Of a stretch of 64,000 bases of DNA, positions 10,970 through 21,200 are shown in pieces. Positions within the stretch are counted from its first letter, which is position 1. Every line of letters starts with the position of its first letter. The translations under genes were made by a program, and so were the position numbers. The notes below the pieces were generated by a model, which saw only the letters and a program-made list of their open reading frames with translations, was not told where the DNA came from and searched no databases. Location: the NCBI GenBank assembly GCA_048938855.1, contig JBHLLT010000003.1, positions 32,001 to 96,000 on the forward strand. The letters run 5' to 3'. The DNA is from Promethearchaeota archaeon. Lineage in GTDB: Archaea; Asgardarchaeota; Lokiarchaeia; Sigyniarchaeales; SOKP01.

Positions 10970-11497
10970 GTGGAAGAGTATATAAAGGAGATAAATGAAA
11001 GAATTCAAAATCCGATTGAGAATATAAATTCAATTAAAGGGTTTGAAATCATTTCTGAATCATTAGTTTATAAAGTATATGATCTCTTTGGTCGCAATAG
11101 TTTACTTTCCATTTTATATCAAATTGGTGTTTTTCCCGGGACTCAAATTGCGGAGAGACTAAAACGTGAATACAATAGAGAAGAATTTGAAATAATGGAA
11201 GCATTAGTTATTTTAATGGAGGAATTAAAAGATTATTATTCTATCCAAATAAAAGATATTCAACAATCTGAAGATAAAGTAAAAATAATAATTGAAAATC
11301 ATTGTTTCTTACGTACACCAATCAGTCATCGAGAGAAATTGAATTATGGAAAATCTTTTTGTAGGACTAATAAGGGATACTTCGAAACAGCATTTAAGAT
11401 ATTATTAGGAAATAAAATAAAAAAGATTGAAATAAATTTTCTTAATAATGATGCTGAGAAAGATGTGTGTGTGGAGGAACTAATTTTTTATAAATAA
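10970..11497 (+). CDS. V4R / methanogen output domain-like (Bet3/V4R fold) protein
   Basis: 'LYQIG...G', 'HCFLR', 'FC...KGYF' and terminal Cys pattern typical of V4R-type domains. Confidence 0.55.
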   Translation: MEEYIKEINERIQNPIENINSIKGFEIISESLVYKVYDLFGRNSLLSILYQIGVFPGTQIAERLKREYNREEFEIMEALVILMEELKDYYSIQIKDIQQSEDKVKIIIENHCFLRTPISHREKLNYGKSFCRTNKGYFETAFKILLGNKIKKIEINFLNNDAEKDVCVEELIFYK

Positions 11498-11597
11498 TTC
11501 ATTCTCAATTTTTTGAAAAAAAAATTATAATTGATGTTAAATTTAACATAGCAAATATATAATTTCAAAAAAAATTTTAAGAGGATGAAATATAAAA

Positions 11598-12785
11598 ATG
11601 GCAGATATTAAAAATATTGTAACATTAGGTGTAGGTCTTATGGGTCAGGGAATCGCCCAGGTTGCTCTTATGGCAGGATATAATGTTACACTAGTAGATA
11701 TCAACGATGAATTGGTTAATAAAGCTTTCTCAAGTATAGAAGGTGGTGTTAAAAAATCTGAGGAGAAAGGAAAATTGGGAGAAGGCGTTACTACCACAGA
11801 TGTAATGGGAAGATGTAAAAAATCAACAGATCTAGCATCAGCCGTAAAGGATACTGATATGGTTATCGAAGCTGTTATTGAAAAAATGGATGTTAAAAAA
11901 CAAGTATGCAAAATTGTAATGGATAATGGTCCTTCACATATTATTTTTGCTTCAAATACATCTACTATGAGTATCACTGAAATTGGAAAAGATAGTAGCG
12001 CTCCGGATAGAGTCTGTGGAATGCATTTTTTTAATCCCGTCCCACTAATGCGATTAATTGAAGTAATTAGAGGTAAAGATACTTCAGATGAAACCTTTAA
12101 TGCAACAATGGATTTTGCAGGCAAATTACCATGTTTAAGGGGTCAAAGATATATTGCTCCAGTATTAAAAGATGGACCAGGTTTTATTGTGAATCGTTTG
12201 AATGCTCCTGTGTTAATATATTTGCATTGGGTTTTTGATGAAGCAAAAAGACAAGGTATTCCATGGGAACGTTTAGATGCTGATGCAGGTGGTAAAATGC
12301 CAATGCCACCCTGCGTGCTAACAGATTTTACGGGCATTGACACAAATTACCATATTATGAATTATTATAAAGAAACACTTTCTCCTGATTTTGAGTGTGG
12401 TAAAGCTATAAAAGAATTATATGAAAAAGGAGATTTCGGTCCAAAAACAGGAAAAGGTTTTTATGATTGGAGTCAAGGAAGAGCCGCACTTATGGAAAAG
12501 ATTAATAAAGCTGAACCAGCAGGTCTATTCAATTTAAATACTGTATTTGCAATAATGTTGAATGAAGGGTGCCGTATCTTAGATGAAGGTATTGCAAGTG
12601 GATTCAAGATTATTGATGATGCAAACATGGCAGGTATGAATGCACCAGGCCCTTTTGGTGCTGGAAAGAAGAATTATGAAAGCTGGTCCAAGATTTTGGC
12701 TGATTTAGCTGATAAAACGGGTAAAGAATATTTCCGACCTATTGAATTGATGAAATCTGGTGGATTTGTTAGTATGAGAAAGTAA
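11598..12785 (+). CDS. 3-hydroxyacyl-CoA dehydrogenase
   Basis: GVGLMGQGIA, IEAVIE, ASNTS, GMHFFNP, PGFIVNR and G.KTGKGFY motifs; duplicated C-terminal domain. Confidence 0.93.
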   Translation: MADIKNIVTLGVGLMGQGIAQVALMAGYNVTLVDINDELVNKAFSSIEGGVKKSEEKGKLGEGVTTTDVMGRCKKSTDLASAVKDTDMVIEAVIEKMDVKKQVCKIVMDNGPSHIIFASNTSTMSITEIGKDSSAPDRVCGMHFFNPVPLMRLIEVIRGKDTSDETFNATMDFAGKLPCLRGQRYIAPVLKDGPGFIVNRLNAPVLIYLHWVFDEAKRQGIPWERLDADAGGKMPMPPCVLTDFTGIDTNYHIMNYYKETLSPDFECGKAIKELYEKGDFGPKTGKGFYDWSQGRAALMEKINKAEPAGLFNLNTVFAIMLNEGCRILDEGIASGFKIIDDANMAGMNAPGPFGAGKKNYESWSKILADLADKTGKEYFRPIELMKSGGFVSMRK

Positions 12786-12834
12786 ATACCAAATATTTAT
12801 TTTTTTTTTAAACAATTAAAAAGAGGTAAGAGTA

Positions 12835-13788
12835 ATGTCAGAACAAAAATTTGAATATTTAAAAATTGAATGGCCAACAGCTGTAGATGAGAGTGGAAAC
12901 GTCATCAGAGAAGGTACAATTGATGGAAATTATGCTGTGATTTCGATAAATCGTCCTGATAAATTAAATGCCTTAACTGATGATGTAGTTGCTGAAATTG
13001 CTCAAGCACTAAGATTAATGGAATGGGATGGGTCAATAAGAGCGGTTGTCCTCCGAGGAACAAAAGAGGTGACAAAGAAAGCTTCTTTTTCTGTTGGTGC
13101 TGATTTAGCAGCAATGTTTAATAAAAGGTTAAAACCTAACATCCCTATGCACATGAGTCAAGCGATGAGAATAAGACATCGAGATTATGACGAAATGGAA
13201 CAATTTACAAAACCATTAATAGCTGCAGTGGATGGTTTTGCTTTAGGCGGAGGTTGTGAATTAACACTATGCTGTGATATTGTTATCGCCAGTGATCGAT
13301 CAGTATTTGGGCTTCCAGAGATTAACAGAGGAATCTTTCCGGCTAATGGTGGAATCACAAGAATGGCAGCTAGAATTGGCCTTAATAGAGCATTACGAAT
13401 GGCTATGTTCGGAGAGCATATTGATGCGAAAACCATGCTAGATTGGGGATATGTATCTTGGATGGCCCCTGCTGGTGATGAGTTCGAGAAATTAGTTCAT
13501 GAAAAGGCAAAGTGGTTAGGAGATGCAGCAACAACATCATTATTCATTATTAAAAAATGTGTGAAATTTGGAACTCGATATCCTCAATTAGGGTTAATGA
13601 TGGAACAATTAGGTTTTGGAATTACCTTTGGAGGAAGTACTGATGCAAAAGAGGGAATAATAGCATTTAATCGGAAAATTAAATGCCCTGTATGTGGCGG
13701 TAAAGGCAAAATGGAAGATGGAAGTACTTGTCAAAATTGTGGTGGCAGAAGAAAAATAAAGGATACACCACATTTTAAAGGTATTTAA
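12835..13788 (+). CDS. Enoyl-CoA hydratase/isomerase (crotonase) with inserted C-terminal zinc finger
   Basis: RPDKLNAL, FSVGADL, GFALGGGCEL, FGLPE; CPVCGGKG...CQNCGG near the C-terminus. Confidence 0.92.
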   Translation: MSEQKFEYLKIEWPTAVDESGNVIREGTIDGNYAVISINRPDKLNALTDDVVAEIAQALRLMEWDGSIRAVVLRGTKEVTKKASFSVGADLAAMFNKRLKPNIPMHMSQAMRIRHRDYDEMEQFTKPLIAAVDGFALGGGCELTLCCDIVIASDRSVFGLPEINRGIFPANGGITRMAARIGLNRALRMAMFGEHIDAKTMLDWGYVSWMAPAGDEFEKLVHEKAKWLGDAATTSLFIIKKCVKFGTRYPQLGLMMEQLGFGITFGGSTDAKEGIIAFNRKIKCPVCGGKGKMEDGSTCQNCGGRRKIKDTPHFKGI

Positions 13789-13896
13789 CCAAATTTTAAA
13801 CATCTTTTTTATTTTTTTAATTATTATATTATTCGATTTTCTTTGTTATAATTATAAATAACATATGGAAAAAATCTTAACAGCTATTAATTACCC

Positions 13897-14445
13897 ATGA
13901 ACCAAAAATCTCAGATTATTGAAGAAATAAATGATGGAAATCTCTACTTAAGAAAAATATCTAAAGAAGATATAGAATTTGTTTTTGATAGTCTAAATAA
14001 TAAAGAATTAATCACGTATTTAGCATTAGGACCATTGGAGACCTATGAACATTCAAAACGACTAATTAAAGGGTATTTGAGATACTGGAATAGTAATTTA
14101 CAATATAACTATATCATTGAGCTTCATGAGGGTGTTAAAATTAAAATTGGTTCGATTAGTCTTTGGAATGTAAATTGGCAACATCAAAGAGCTCAAATTG
14201 GCATATGGTTAATCCCTTCTTTTTGGAATAAAGGACTAGGAGAGAAATCTCTTATTTTGTTAAAGAATATAGCATTTAATCATCTAAAAATTAACAGACT
14301 TGAAGCTTATATTGCTGTAGAAAATACGAAATCAATATTTCTATTTAAAAAATGCGGATTCATCCAAGAAGGAAGATTAAGGGAATATTTAAGATTTCAT
14401 GGAAGCTTTCATGATGCTCTGATAATGACCTGCTTAAAAAAATAG
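13897..14445 (+). CDS. RimJ/RimL-family GNAT N-acetyltransferase
   Basis: 'FWNKGLG', 'N..S..L.KK.GF..EG.LRE'. Confidence 0.88.
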   Translation: MNQKSQIIEEINDGNLYLRKISKEDIEFVFDSLNNKELITYLALGPLETYEHSKRLIKGYLRYWNSNLQYNYIIELHEGVKIKIGSISLWNVNWQHQRAQIGIWLIPSFWNKGLGEKSLILLKNIAFNHLKINRLEAYIAVENTKSIFLFKKCGFIQEGRLREYLRFHGSFHDALIMTCLKK

Positions 14446-14455
14446 AATAAATATT

Positions 14456-16240
14456 TTAAGAATTACCTGGTTTGGTTTCTTCTCCTATAGTATCTTTAAC
14501 TATCTCATCTAATTCTTCCTTTTTCTCCAAAGACTTAGTAATTAATTCTTCAGAATCAATTTGTTTTTCCATAACTTTATCCGAAGGTTGCTCAATAGCT
14601 CCTTTACCAGCTAAGATAGATTTATTAGTTTCACTTGGCTTAATTTTTAAAAATTTAGAAGATGCTCCTAGTCCATGTATATAAGCCATACCAAAAGCAA
14701 CATCTCTCGGCATAATAGCGATATCTGGCTCTTGGCTTTTTCTTAAAGTTCTTCTATACTTCATCACTTTTCGAACAGGTCTAGGGTACTTTAAAACTCT
14801 TTGATATGCAATAAAATAACCACCAAGACTTACGGCAGCCACGCTAGCAAATACTAATAGCGCAGCAAATACCCAAGGTTCAGTAAAAAAGTCATGAAAT
14901 ATTTCAATATATGAAATATATAAATACACATCATCTATCGAAATCGTAATGTTTTGAGGATTTCCAAACACATCAGCCATATAGACTTGGATTGAAAGTG
15001 TAATATTAATATCTTTTAAAATTAAAGCTGTAACATCAAATCCTCCTTCTTTTGCGATTTGGAAAGTCCCATTTGCTGTACTTAACTTAATTGTATGTCT
15101 CATTGAATTATTATTCAAAAGAACTCTAATTTCTGAATTTGGAGATGCATTCACTGGCCATGGCTGATCAATTTTATATTTGAAATTGACATTTGCATGT
15201 GTGACTTGAACATTTGTCCCTGATATTGCATTTCCTTCTTGTTCCCATGAAAATGCAGTATATTGATCGATTTTTTTTTCATAAGAAAAAGTTAGATTAA
15301 AAGATCTCATTATTAACATATTCCATGTATCGATGTCAACATTATACTCATTATCTTCGCAATAAATATCGATCCCCAGAGTAATTACAAAGTGAAAATT
15401 ATCCACTTGTAATATTGAGTTTAAATATGAAATAAGTAAGCTTTTTGGTACCGTATCGAGAAGAGTATCTGAGTAATTTGACACTTCTGGAGAGTCTTGA
15501 CCAAGATCAGTAGTTTGATTTTTTGCCAACAAAAATGAATTAGTATTATTAATATCAGACACTAATACATAAAAAGTAGCAAAATCTCCTATTCCAAATT
15601 GAGGTACACTTGGGGGATTACCTTCTGTATAATCACCAGGTCGTTCAATTCCTCCAATGTGAGGCTGTAAAGGATTAGATCCAACAGCGGTGACGGTAGC
15701 ATTAAATACTGACTTCAGCGAAGCATCAGTAATAATATAATCTGACATATTGACTGGCATCGTAAATGTTCTCTCCCAATGAATGCTTGGTGTATTTCGA
15801 GTTTGATCAATCCCTTCATTCCACTCATGACTGATATATAATCCCGCTGAAGAACTCCCATTTACATCAGGGGATATTGGAAAGTCTGGATTGTTATAAG
15901 GTTGCCAGTCGATATTATTTAAGGGATCATCAATTTGCATTATCTCAGCATCACCTATTACTTCATAATTTGCTTGACCTTGAGAAATGTTTCCAGATAC
16001 ATCTCTTGAATCGCCTTCAATTCTCGATTCCCAGGGTTGTCCTGCCCCGTCAAATGTAGGATTATCAATCCATGAATTATTCAAATGATACTCTACTCTT
16101 GAATTTCTCAGTTTCTCGTTTTGTATATTAAATTTATTGTTATTATTGATATTATTTGTGATAATCATGCTAGAAAACAATGGAACTAAAAGGAATATCA
16201 CTATTATAAGCAATCGCTCAATCTTATTTTTCCTCTTCAA
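14456..16240 (-). CDS. Uncharacterised single-pass cell-surface protein (array member 1)
   Basis: Signal/TM N-terminus, ~430-aa domain shared with neighbours, C-terminal TM and basic tail. Confidence 0.85.
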   Translation of the reverse strand: MKRKNKIERLLIIVIFLLVPLFSSMIITNNINNNNKFNIQNEKLRNSRVEYHLNNSWIDNPTFDGAGQPWESRIEGDSRDVSGNISQGQANYEVIGDAEIMQIDDPLNNIDWQPYNNPDFPISPDVNGSSSAGLYISHEWNEGIDQTRNTPSIHWERTFTMPVNMSDYIITDASLKSVFNATVTAVGSNPLQPHIGGIERPGDYTEGNPPSVPQFGIGDFATFYVLVSDINNTNSFLLAKNQTTDLGQDSPEVSNYSDTLLDTVPKSLLISYLNSILQVDNFHFVITLGIDIYCEDNEYNVDIDTWNMLIMRSFNLTFSYEKKIDQYTAFSWEQEGNAISGTNVQVTHANVNFKYKIDQPWPVNASPNSEIRVLLNNNSMRHTIKLSTANGTFQIAKEGGFDVTALILKDINITLSIQVYMADVFGNPQNITISIDDVYLYISYIEIFHDFFTEPWVFAALLVFASVAAVSLGGYFIAYQRVLKYPRPVRKVMKYRRTLRKSQEPDIAIMPRDVAFGMAYIHGLGASSKFLKIKPSETNKSILAGKGAIEQPSDKVMEKQIDSEELITKSLEKKEELDEIVKDTIGEETKPGNS

Positions 16241-16307
16241 AATCTTATCATTCCTCTATTATTTTCTATATATTTCTACTACTCTCAGCTGTTGTTTCAT
16301 ATACATT

Positions 16308-17870
16308 TTATTTTGTTGGAAACGGTTTTTCTTTTATTTCTGTACTTTCTTGTGTTGGTTTTCCTTTTAAAAATGATGAGGTTTTATGCAATTCACTCCT
16401 ATATTCCTTTTTGAATGCTTTTTCTCTCTCTATAATAAGAACTGTGGGTTCCTTTTTTCTTGCTAAAGTTCTTCTATACTTTCTTACTTTTCTTACGGGT
16501 CTAGGATATTTTAAAACCCTCTGATAAGCAAATAGATATCCACCAATACCCACACCTACAACACTGGCAACTATTAATAATATCCTAAATAACACCGGTT
16601 CTGGGAATAGGTCATCTGTTGTTACAATATAAGTAATCCTAAAATCTGCATTATCAATAGTAATTGTGATATCCTTAGTTAATCCAAACTTATCTGCTAA
16701 AAATAATTGAATTTTAAGTGAAATGCTAATATTTTTTGAGATGTAAGGTGTTACATCAAGCATCCCATCAAATGCGGGTTGTAGAGTCAATATTGCTGTA
16801 CTTAATTTTAGGGTTTCTGGCAGTTGTTTATCATTGATAAACACTCGAATTTCTGAATTAGGAGATGCACTAGAGGGCCAAGTTACATTTGTTTTAAAAT
16901 CAAAGTTCAAGATAGCGTTTGATATACGAGTATTTTCTCCTGTAATCTTGTCTCCTGTCTGTTGCCATGAGACTGTTGTAAATTGATCAATTTTCTTTTC
17001 ATATGAAAAGCTAAGGTTAAAATTTCTAATTATCAAGGCATTCCATCTATCAATATCTACTCCTATTTCATTGTCTTCACAATATATATCAATTCCGAGG
17101 GTTACCACAAAATTATGCCCATCATTTATAAAAGCTGAAGTTAATACATCTTTTAAAACATTTTCAGGTACTACCCTCATAGGGGTGTCGGGATAACTTC
17201 CTAAAGCAGGAGAATCTCTTCCCAACTCACCTGTGTGATTATAAGCAACTCTAACAGGTGTAAAGGATTCCTCAGTATCTGAAATTAGAATATAGAACTC
17301 TGAATAATCACCTGTAGAGTAAGCATCCAAACCAGTATCTCCATTTCTATCAATACCACCATTATTCCAAGGCGCAACTGTTACTGTTGCATTGAAATCA
17401 GATTCTAGTGAAGCAGAGGTTATTATATAGTCTCTCATATCAATTGGCATGTGGATAGTTCTTTGCCATCTCACACTTGGGCGATTGGTAGTTTGGTTGA
17501 TGTTTTCATCCCATAAGTGAGAAACATAGCATCCAGATGAATTGATCTCATAATCATCTGGTAAAATAGGTAAGTCAGGATTTTTAACAGCGGTCCAATC
17601 TGCATCACTAAGCGGATCATCTATAGTATAATTACCAGAATCACCATAAATATAAAAATTTCCCGCCTGATTGCTTATTGAGGCATTAACATCATTAGGA
17701 TCTCCTCCCTCCTTAATTGATGTCCATGCTGTAAAATCATTGAAACGCCGATTAGTAAGCCATTGTCTTGAAATCGTTCTTTCTGCTGAAATATGCAAAT
17801 TTTGGGGATCTTTTTCTTGAGTTAAATAATAGTTAGAATTAAAATTTGAAATGAACACAAAAAGAAACAA
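16308..17870 (-). CDS. Uncharacterised single-pass cell-surface protein (array member 2); true start possibly upstream (~17933)
   Basis: Same domain motifs (GIDIYCEDN, SYEKKIDQ, SPNSEIR, KYPRPVRKV); frame open up to 17939. Confidence 0.85.
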   Translation of the reverse strand: MFLFVFISNFNSNYYLTQEKDPQNLHISAERTISRQWLTNRRFNDFTAWTSIKEGGDPNDVNASISNQAGNFYIYGDSGNYTIDDPLSDADWTAVKNPDLPILPDDYEINSSGCYVSHLWDENINQTTNRPSVRWQRTIHMPIDMRDYIITSASLESDFNATVTVAPWNNGGIDRNGDTGLDAYSTGDYSEFYILISDTEESFTPVRVAYNHTGELGRDSPALGSYPDTPMRVVPENVLKDVLTSAFINDGHNFVVTLGIDIYCEDNEIGVDIDRWNALIIRNFNLSFSYEKKIDQFTTVSWQQTGDKITGENTRISNAILNFDFKTNVTWPSSASPNSEIRVFINDKQLPETLKLSTAILTLQPAFDGMLDVTPYISKNISISLKIQLFLADKFGLTKDITITIDNADFRITYIVTTDDLFPEPVLFRILLIVASVVGVGIGGYLFAYQRVLKYPRPVRKVRKYRRTLARKKEPTVLIIEREKAFKKEYRSELHKTSSFLKGKPTQESTEIKEKPFPTK

Positions 17871-18216
17871 AATTAATAATGTTGATATGAAGAAATAATA
17901 TTTTTTATTTCTTTGATGATTGTAATTTTTAATTGAAACTTATCACCAACACTTAAGATATTCTAATATCAATATTTCATTGAATTTAATATTTAATATT
18001 AATAATTGCAATAAATATTCTTAAGAATTAATTAAAAAACGTTTATTAAAAAAGTTATTTATCATAGTTTTGGATAATTCTGTAGTTTGGATTCTTTAAG
18101 AAAAAAAATCTATTTGTACAAAATTATCATTTGGATCTTTGAAAAATAAAAACCCTTTTATGAATAAAAGGTCAGAAATTGAATATCAAAAAATAATAAA
18201 TAAAAATAAAATTAGA

Positions 18217-21200
18217 TTAGGATGTATCGTTATTCAATTCATTTCCAATAGAATCTTTAATTATTTTATCTAATTCTTCCTTTTTTTTCAACGATTTCGT
18301 GATGAGTTCCTCAGAATTTATCTTTTCATCTTGTCCACTTTGAGGAAGTATTTCAGATTTCATAACTATATCTTTACTTTTCGCCTTTTCACCTTTATGT
18401 AATAGTAAATTAGTGTTCAATTCTTGGGAGATTTTAGCTACTTCTTTATTATATAAATGCTTGAATGCAAACTCTTGACTCACAATAGGAATTTCAGGTG
18501 TTTTTTCTTTATTTAAAGATTTTCTAAATTTTCTGACTTTCCTTACAGTTTTAGGATATTTAAATATTCTTTGGTATAATATTACATAAGAAGCTAAACC
18601 TCCAATTCCAATACATGCCAAAACGAATAAAATCTCATACAGTATAAATTCTTTAATTGGTATGAAAATGTCATAAGAAATCCATAAACTTACATTATCT
18701 ATTGAAATTTTAATATTTTCACCTAAAGCAAATTCGTCAGCAAGAAATACTTGAATGGTTACATTTATCTCATCATCATTAGGTATTATACTTCCAACAT
18801 TAAATCCAGTTTCTGAAACATTTTGAAATATCATTCCTATATCATTTAGTCGAACAGTTTCATTATGTTCTACTCCATTAATAGAAATCTTAAATTTAGA
18901 ATTAGGAGATAAATCTGAAGGCCATAATTTATTCAATTTTGTTTCAAATTTAAGTTGTGCATCTCTTACTTCAACTCTATATCCATTTGCCTCAATTTGT
19001 TTACCATGATATGTCCAGGATCCAGTATTAAATTGGTTTATTCTCTTTTCATATGATATCGATAGGGAAAAGTTTTTGATAATCATCATCTGCCAATCAT
19101 CTGAATCTCCTGGATGGCCACTATCTTCACACCAGAAATACATACCTAATGTAATAGCAAAATTCTGATGATCGTATTGCAAAGCCTGTTCAAGATAAAA
19201 AATTAAAGTCTCTTCATTAACGGGAGTTATTAAAGTATCATTTAGCTGGGTAATACCAGGCGGTCCATCTTTACCTAAATCATCAGTTTGATATTGCGTA
19301 GCAATGAATTCTCTATTCTTATCAACATCTGAAATCATGATAAAAAACCGAGCAAAATCACCAGTAGCTATTTGGACTGTTGTACCTCCAGCTAATGTAT
19401 CTCCTGGTCGATCTATACCTCCACCATTTACAGGACTATCATCTACAGTTCCATTAATCCAAGCCTCTAATGAAGCAGAGGTAATATAATAATCCGACAT
19501 ATTTACGTTCATGGTAAAATTTTTCCTCCATTGTACTTTTACTGATTGAGGTTGATTATCCGGCCAAAAGAAGTATGAATACCACCCTCGATCATCCATG
19601 CCTGATCCACCACTTGAGATTGGATCAAAATAATCAGGTAATACAATATTGTCTTCATTTTGAAGTTTAGTCCAGTTGGCACTAGTACCATCTTCATAAA
19701 AGTTCTGTGTTCCATAATCTCCTATAATTTCATAATTAGCACTGCTATTGTCAATATTCAAAGATAAATCGGTTGCATCACCCTCCATAAACGTAGTCCA
19801 ATTATCATTTACATCAAAATTGGAATTTTCAATCCACTGTTCATGATGAGAGATTCTATTAAATAAAAGAGGATTTTGAACTTGTAGCATGTTTAAACTC
19901 ATTAATTTGTTTTTACCTACATAATTAGGAAAGAAATAACCTATCATAGGAATGAAAATTAAACCTATTATAATCATAAAAATAATGACAAGTTTTTTCG
20001 CAAGTTCTATATTTTCTTTGGAACTATTTGATTTAGGTATTTTAGATACTGTTTTAGTAGGGGGTTTTAAAGTTACCACATTTGAAGTTTTCTTCAATTC
20101 TCTGTTATAATTTGAATTAAAAGCCTTTTGTCGGCTTTTTATTGGCACATTTGGAGGCTCCTTCTTATTGAGTGTCCTACGGAATTTTCTGATTTTTCTT
20201 ACTTGTCGGGGAAATCTTAAAACCAACCTATAATATACAAAATAACCTCCCAACAAAACAGAACCTGTTAAAGCCACAATTAATAATATAATAAAAAGAT
20301 CATTATCCCTTGTGGGAAGGAAAACATCATATGAAATATTCAATATTACATTATCTATACTAATTGTTATATCGTCTTTTAGATTGAATTTATCAGCTAG
20401 AAATACTTGTATGGAGAGGTTAATTTCCTCATTATTAGGAATTAAATAACCTATCTCAAAACCTCCGATTTTTGCTGGTTTAAAATTTTCTTCAGCGAAT
20501 TTTAAACTTATTGATTCAGTATGTTCATTATCGTTTATTAAAATTCTGATTTCAGAGTTTGGTGATAAATCCTCTGACCATTCTTTGCTGATTTTATAAT
20601 CAAATTGTAAATTTGCATAGTTAATTTCTACAGCACCCCCCCTATTGTCAATTGGGTTTCCAAGATATTTCCATGATGCACTAGTCAACCTATTAATTTT
20701 CTTTATATATGAAATTGTAAAATTACAAGATTTAAAATAAGCTCCAGTAAATTCATCTAAATCAGTAGAACAATTATCCTCACAATTAAATTCCATTCCT
20801 AGAATAATTAGGAAATTCTGATAATCACCATTTTCTAAAACTTGATTTAAAAAGAATATTAGATCCTCTATATTATCAGCATAAAATATCATATCATTCA
20901 AATAATCATATGATCCGTTTACTTCTGCTCCATCCTCTCCGAGAGTAGTAGTTTGAAATTGGGCTACTTTATAATTAACATCTTTATTTAGAGTTGAAAG
21001 TCTAACAAAAAACCTAATGAAATCGCCTTCAATGAATCGAACTACCCCTGTTGTATCGCCAACTGCTTCAACACCTTCCCAATGCCATACATCTCCACTT
21101 CCACATCCGACGAAAGATTTAGCAGTTGCATTTATCTTAACATCTAATGTAGCATTAGTTATTGTATAATCAGACATATTTTGGGGAGTTGTAATAACTT

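Noticed and set aside
18060-18145. Three TTTGGAT-containing words between array genes
   Set aside because: Short and irregularly spaced; not a CRISPR array or a convincing repeat
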